A stretch of 64,000 nucleotides of DNA from Candidatus Caldarchaeum sp. (GTDB lineage: Archaea > Thermoproteota > Nitrososphaeria_A > Caldarchaeales > Caldarchaeaceae): the NCBI GenBank assembly GCA_033580815.1, contig JAVQUC010000001.1, forward strand, positions 29,259 through 93,258, given 5' to 3'. Below, piece after piece: positions 59,706 to 64,000 of the stretch (within the stretch, counting starts at the first letter, position 1; every line of letters begins with the position of its first letter). The notes below the pieces were generated by a model. It had not been told where the DNA came from, made no database searches, and worked only from the letters and a program-made list of their open reading frames with translations. The translations under genes were made by a program, and so were the position numbers.

Positions 59706-60516
59706 CGGGCGGCGGCTTTTTGAGGGCCTCTTGAACGTGATTCAACGCGGATGCTGCCGCTTCCACAGGAGAAAACCCACTGTTCCAAAGCAACGTGAAA
59801 AAGGTCATCAGCATATCGCCGGCGCCGGTTGTGTCAACCGACCTCACAACATCCAGCGGCTGCAGACAATGCAAAACACGGCTTTCGACTACAAAAAGCG
59901 CACTCCTCGAGCCAACTAGAAGAATTCCGGGAACTTTGCTGCCGATCTTGGAAACGGCGTCTATTAAATTCTTTTCGTCCGCAAGAGCCACAGCCTCGTC
60001 ATCGCTGCAATGGATAACGTCAGCTAGTTTGAACATTGATGAAAGGTCTTTCCCGACTAGACGAATATTTCCGAACTCGTCAACCTCCCTCAAAAAACCC
60101 TGAACGTCTAGTGAAACCATATCGCTATTAGACCTCATCATTTTCAGATGAACGTACCCTGCTTCCCTATGGTTTGTGGAAAGGACAGCTATGTCAGCAT
60201 CAAGGCCTTCTAGTGTTTCGGTGGGTATTGATGGGCCTTCGCTGACTAGAACTGACCTCCGACCGGCCTCAGAGTAGACATGTCGGAGGACGAAGGAACG
60301 GTACCCACCCATTCTGACCACGGAACTGATGTCGATCCCGACTTCCACCATCATATCCAGAAAACTTTGGGGATAGTCTTCCCCCACGGCTGAGAAGGCG
60401 GATACTTTGTTTCCTGTTGACGCTACTGCAATTCCTGCATACCAAGGCGGGCCTCCGATCAGCTTGATATCTTCGTGAAGGTCTATCGTCAAACCCCCCA
60501 CTACCGCTATCTTCAC
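59638..60516 (-). CDS. PfkB family carbohydrate/nucleoside kinase
   Basis: MKIAVVGGLTIDL and DTTGAGDMLMTFF. Confidence 0.85.
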   Translation of the reverse strand: MKIAVVGGLTIDLHEDIKLIGGPPWYAGIAVASTGNKVSAFSAVGEDYPQSFLDMMVEVGIDISSVVRMGGYRSFVLRHVYSEAGRRSVLVSEGPSIPTETLEGLDADIAVLSTNHREAGYVHLKMMRSNSDMVSLDVQGFLREVDEFGNIRLVGKDLSSMFKLADVIHCSDDEAVALADEKNLIDAVSKIGSKVPGILLVGSRSALFVVESRVLHCLQPLDVVRSVDTTGAGDMLMTFFTLLWNSGFSPVEAAASALNHVQEALKKPPPVRLVQFQPRHAAEARLVWSRRL

Positions 60517-60562
60517 GGCATACTTTTGTGTGGGGAAAGATTAAATGATTCATTGACATGGT

Positions 60563-61576
60563 TTGAGAGGGTTGAGTGCGGTCATTCCGTTGAAGGAAGT
60601 TAGGAGGCCGGGCAGGGAGACGGTTAAGGGAATCGAAAAGTTCGAGAAGGTTGGCTATCGGATAGTCGGCAGACATTCGGCTGTTAAGGTGTGTCATTGG
60701 ACAAAGTCGGCCCTTCGCGGTGGGAAGCTCTGTTACAAAAGCTGGTACGGAATCGAAAGCCATAGATGCATCCAAATGACACCTTCGCTCCAATACTGTA
60801 ACATGATGTGCGTTTTCTGTTGGCGTTTCCACACTTTGAACAGAGTTCAACCATTTGAAGGCGGTTGGGACAGCCCGTCCGAAATTCTTGACAAAATAAT
60901 CCAAGAACAGAGGCAGCTTCTTTCAGGTTTTGGGGGAAACTCTAAAGTCGCGAAGCAAAAGTTCCGGGAAGCGCTCGAACCCAAGCACATCGCTATCTCC
61001 CTCGACGGAGAGCCAACGCTTTATCCCTACCTTGGCGAGTTCATCCAAGAGGCCACGAAAAGAGGGATGACGACCTTCCTGGTAAGCAACGGGACAATGC
61101 CTGAAAGGCTTGAGGAATTATTGACTAAAGCACAACCGACATCGCTCTACATCAGCTTGTACGGCCCAGACAAGGAGACACACGTCAAGACATGCAAACC
61201 ACTAATACCCGACAGCTGGGAAAGATTGATGAAATCACTCGAGCTTATGCAGAAATTTTCGTCCAGAAAAGTAATTCGTCTCACCCTTGTCAAATACGTG
61301 AACATGCACTCGCCCGAAAAATATGCCGAACTCATCGCCAAGGCAAAGCCAGACTTCGTCGAATGCAAGGGCTACACACACGTCGGCGAGTCGCAGCTTC
61401 GTTTACGGCGTGAAAACATGCCCTCGATGGCGGACATAAACGAATTCGGTTCCCAGCTTGCGGCAAAAATCGGGTTTATCAAAGTTGCTGAAGACGACGT
61501 AAGCAGAGTAGTTCTGCTCGCCAACCCGGAGTCACCATATTATCTCGAGATGGCTAGGCGTCTATCTCCGCAATAG
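60563..61576 (+). CDS. taw1: tRNA 4-demethylwyosine synthase (Taw1/TYW1, radical SAM)
   Basis: CHWTKSAL...CYK..YGIESHRC and the radical-SAM motif CNMMCVFCWR. Confidence 0.9.
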   Translation: MRGLSAVIPLKEVRRPGRETVKGIEKFEKVGYRIVGRHSAVKVCHWTKSALRGGKLCYKSWYGIESHRCIQMTPSLQYCNMMCVFCWRFHTLNRVQPFEGGWDSPSEILDKIIQEQRQLLSGFGGNSKVAKQKFREALEPKHIAISLDGEPTLYPYLGEFIQEATKRGMTTFLVSNGTMPERLEELLTKAQPTSLYISLYGPDKETHVKTCKPLIPDSWERLMKSLELMQKFSSRKVIRLTLVKYVNMHSPEKYAELIAKAKPDFVECKGYTHVGESQLRLRRENMPSMADINEFGSQLAAKIGFIKVAEDDVSRVVLLANPESPYYLEMARRLSPQ

Positions 61577-62048
61577 AGTCGACGAGCTTTCTATAGGTTT
61601 GTTCTATTGTCTCCGGCAGAACCCTGGTGTCGGACACAATAGTCATGAAGTTTGTGTCGCCCCTCCATCTGGGGACGATGTGAAAGTGGATGTGGTCTTC
61701 TATTCCAGCTCCAGCAGACCTTCCGATGTTCGCCCCGATGTTAAACCCTTCAGGTTTCATCGCTTTGGATATGGCCTTTACTGCTAGCTTGATTAACTTC
61801 ATGATTTCAAACATCTCCTCCTCGTTTAACTCCTCGACCGAGCCCACGTGTCTATGAGGCGTTACCATCACGTGGCCGTTGTTGTAGGGATACAGGTTCA
61901 TGATGATGAAGCTTGCTTTACCTCTGTAGACTACGTATCTTTTTTTGTCAGATTGTTCATTGGCTGCTGCGCAAAAGATGCATCCTGCCTCCTCTTTCTT
62001 TGCTTCCTTGATGTAAGCCATTCTCCAAGGAGCCCAGAGTCTGTCCAA
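61554..62048 (-). CDS. HIT family hydrolase
   Basis: Histidine triad HIHFHIVPRW. Confidence 0.88.
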   Translation of the reverse strand: MDRLWAPWRMAYIKEAKKEEAGCIFCAAANEQSDKKRYVVYRGKASFIIMNLYPYNNGHVMVTPHRHVGSVEELNEEEMFEIMKLIKLAVKAISKAMKPEGFNIGANIGRSAGAGIEDHIHFHIVPRWRGDTNFMTIVSDTRVLPETIEQTYRKLVDSIAEIDA

Positions 62049-62049
62049 A

Positions 62050-62775
62050 TCACCGCCACTTGTCCAAACTTTGATTTAAGGTATCCTCTTCGAAAAAGAG
62101 AACCCACCTGTGGTCGAGGTTGGCTCGGTAGACAAGCCCGGACAACACATTTTCGACACTAAGTAAAAATCCCTTAATCGCGGTCACGGGAACGATGAAG
62201 ACGCCGTCGAAGTTGCGGGAAACCGGCTCGTAGAGAGATACGACCACGGGTGCGAAACAAACCATTCCAACTCCTTTATATTTTCTCTCAAAAAAAGTTT
62301 TGACGACTTGCGTTCTGTGCTTCACTTGTTCGACGATAGTGTGAAGGGTCTTTCCCGACAATGTCTTGTTCCATCTTTTGCAATCGATTACGAGGCATAA
62401 AGATGGGCTTGAAGCCAGGACGTCGACTTCAGCTCTTATGCCATCTAATGTTATCCTGACTCCCGATTTGCTCCTTAAGCCTGTCAGGCGGCAGAGTGTC
62501 GCAGTGTAGATTTCAAGCTCCTTCCATGATAGAAGGCGGGCTATTCGCTGTGGGTCTTCACCGAGCCTAACCGCCTCGATAGCTAAAGAAACCTTGAGAA
62601 AATTATGCGACGGTCTTTCGCATAAGAAGGGCTCGAGAATTTTCGAGACCATGGACAAATCGGTTTTTGACTCCGAAGCAACTTCGTGAAAATCAAGGCG
62701 TTGGCTCCTGCTTAAAGCTGTTAGTGCTGATTCGATGACCTTTGCGTGGACGATTCTATCTGAAGAGGTCTTCAT
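62050..62775 (-). CDS. Hypothetical protein with a PD-(D/E)xK nuclease-like core (Mrr/restriction-endonuclease-like)
   Basis: AEVDVLAS...LCLVIDCKRW fits a D...(D/E)xK arrangement. The N-terminal half is helical and possibly wHTH. Confidence 0.5.
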   Translation of the reverse strand: MKTSSDRIVHAKVIESALTALSRSQRLDFHEVASESKTDLSMVSKILEPFLCERPSHNFLKVSLAIEAVRLGEDPQRIARLLSWKELEIYTATLCRLTGLRSKSGVRITLDGIRAEVDVLASSPSLCLVIDCKRWNKTLSGKTLHTIVEQVKHRTQVVKTFFERKYKGVGMVCFAPVVVSLYEPVSRNFDGVFIVPVTAIKGFLLSVENVLSGLVYRANLDHRWVLFFEEDTLNQSLDKWR

Positions 62776-63514
62776 TCTCGTCTCTTATAATGGCTGATGC
62801 GGGGACGTTGCTTCGGTCGTACTTGTATCCTCTGACCACCGCGGCCGGAATTCCTTCGTCCGCCTCACCCATGACGAGGCCGGCCGCTGAGGCGATCTGG
62901 TCCGCTATGCAGATGATTTTAGACCGGAGAACCCTGCCGTAGAGGTCTTTTTCACCCCGGATGTCATGTAACGGGTTTATCCCGCTGCACCCAATCGCAA
63001 CGTTTACGGAGCCTTTTCGGAAAGGCCTGCCGAAACTATCAGAGATGATTACAGCTACATCCTTGTTCGTGAGCTTTTTTATTTCTTCCCTGATTTGTCT
63101 AGCTGATTCGTCGGGGTTTTCTGGCAAGGTTATGACGAATTCAGCCCCCCCTGAGTTTGAGGCATCTACTCCGGCGTTAGCGCAGACTAGTCCATGCATG
63201 GTTTCACAGACAATCACTCCGTGGCCGATTTTCACTATTTTCCTAGAGTTTCGGAGGATGACCTCCACGTGACGTGGGTCTTTTCCAGTATACTGAGCAA
63301 CTCGGACGGCGAAATCTGACGGAACCACCTCAGACAGCCGAATGCATCTTCCTTCGGCCTTCGAGACAACTGAATGAGCCAAAACTAAGACATCACCTTC
63401 CATGAACTCAAAGGCAGCTTTTCTTAATGCTTCTACTATCAGTTGGGCGATGTTGTCTCCCTCCTTTATCAACGGAAGTCCGTTCACAGGAAATATTTCG
63501 ATTTTGGTCACCAT
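62756..63514 (-). CDS. cofE: Coenzyme F420:L-glutamate ligase CofE
   Basis: PLIKEGDNIAQLI...VLVLAHSVVSKAEGR...ANAGVDASN...AVIISDSFGRPFRKG. Confidence 0.85.
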   Translation of the reverse strand: MVTKIEIFPVNGLPLIKEGDNIAQLIVEALRKAAFEFMEGDVLVLAHSVVSKAEGRCIRLSEVVPSDFAVRVAQYTGKDPRHVEVILRNSRKIVKIGHGVIVCETMHGLVCANAGVDASNSGGAEFVITLPENPDESARQIREEIKKLTNKDVAVIISDSFGRPFRKGSVNVAIGCSGINPLHDIRGEKDLYGRVLRSKIICIADQIASAAGLVMGEADEGIPAAVVRGYKYDRSNVPASAIIRDENEDLFR

Positions 63515-63523
63515 GCCGCTAGT

Positions 63524-63823
63524 TTAGAGACCCAGTTTGTCGAGTTTTTTCCTCGCCTTAGCGGCGGCCACTTGTGAGATGTTCAAAGTCGCTTCTTGTT
63601 CGACGGTTCTTCTCTTCACGAAGACGCCGCATCTCCCGTCGGGAAGCAACTTTACTTGAGCGCATTGAGCGTAAGGGCACTGATATCCTATGCAGGGCGC
63701 GTCGACCCAGTTGCACCAAGGCGGGTTTCTCCTGAAATCTAGAACCTTTTTCCCACATCGGAAAAAGCGGCAAAGAGGATTGCAGATCGGTGTTGGTTCT
63801 TTGCTTAGCGTCCAGTTCGGCAA
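63524..63823 (-). CDS. Cys-rich small protein (8 Cys) with a basic C-terminal helix; unknown family
   Basis: 99-aa ORF: CNPLCRFFRC...C...C...C...C...C then AAAKARKKLDKLGL. It lies 9 nt upstream of cofE on the same strand. Confidence 0.5.
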   Translation of the reverse strand: MPNWTLSKEPTPICNPLCRFFRCGKKVLDFRRNPPWCNWVDAPCIGYQCPYAQCAQVKLLPDGRCGVFVKRRTVEQEATLNISQVAAAKARKKLDKLGL

Positions 63824-63867
63824 ACCCGAACCTCACTCTTCCATCCACGAGGGACTATGGTTGAATT

Positions 63868-64000
63868 TTAACGTTGTTTCATCTTCTGTTTTCTGAGAAA
63901 GAGCATGCCCGTAAAGACAAAAACAATCAATGCGAAGGCTGCCGTAAACAGCATGTTTATGGGCAGAAATAACCCTCCGAGGACGATGAAGTGCGTAAAT
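63868..64000 (-). CDS. C-terminal fragment of a membrane protein, truncated by the window edge
   Basis: Manual translation of the minus strand gives ...FTHFIVLGGLFLPINMLFTAAFALIVFVFTGMLFLRKQKMKQR followed by a stop (63868-63870). Confidence 0.3.
   Translation of the reverse strand, partial: FTHFIVLGGLFLPINMLFTAAFALIVFVFTGMLFLRKQKMKQR

Noticed and set aside
60269-60904. A 211-aa minus-strand ORF spanning the pfkB start, the intergenic region and the taw1 5' end.
   Set aside because: It is a shadow ORF with low-complexity, Arg/Ser/Pro-rich composition and no motifs. It overlaps two well-supported genes.

Overview
This is a very compact archaeal chromosomal segment, about 95% coding, with roughly 78 protein genes and one tRNA. 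Archaeal hallmarks include RadA, the Hjc resolvase, ribosomal proteins S25e/S4/S11, glycerol-1-phosphate dehydrogenase, geranylgeranyl reductase, class I LysRS, archaeal DTD2, archaeal phosphoglycerate mutase, Taw1/Trm5 and a crenarchaeal-type SSB with an RGG tail. Together with an apparently non-canonical tRNA intron, these suggest a TACK-like lineage; that placement is my inference. The content is mostly housekeeping: central metabolism (tungsten AOR, 2-oxoacid:ferredoxin oxidoreductase, citrate synthase, fumarase), lipid and isoprenoid genes, Moco biosynthesis, NAD salvage, F420 (CofE), heme O synthase, aminoacyl-tRNA synthetases and DNA repair. I found no CRISPR array, transposase, integrase, rRNA or recognisable defence island, so I cannot point to one clear-cut novel system. 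The leads worth a second look are: (1) a 411-bp ORF-free locus with twin TATA-plus-palindrome modules and flanking repeats (58986-59396); (2) a five-gene translationally coupled operon linking an NFACT/Rqc2 homolog to a CBS-Zn-ribbon protein, a Mut7-C PIN-like RNase, AMMECR1 and a glycosyltransferase; (3) a long coiled-coil/Zn-ribbon protein coupled to a winged-helix (wHTH) protein and Hjc; (4) a MoaD-like ubiquitin-fold protein whose Gly-Gly is followed by a 12-residue tail; (5) three gene lesions (a multiply frameshifted SDR pseudogene, a T-run frameshift in an orphan DNA methyltransferase, and a start-less moaB); and (6) overlap or near-abutment of 3' ends at every convergent gene junction I checked. 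All functional calls come from motif and family recognition by eye on the supplied translations. No searches were run.
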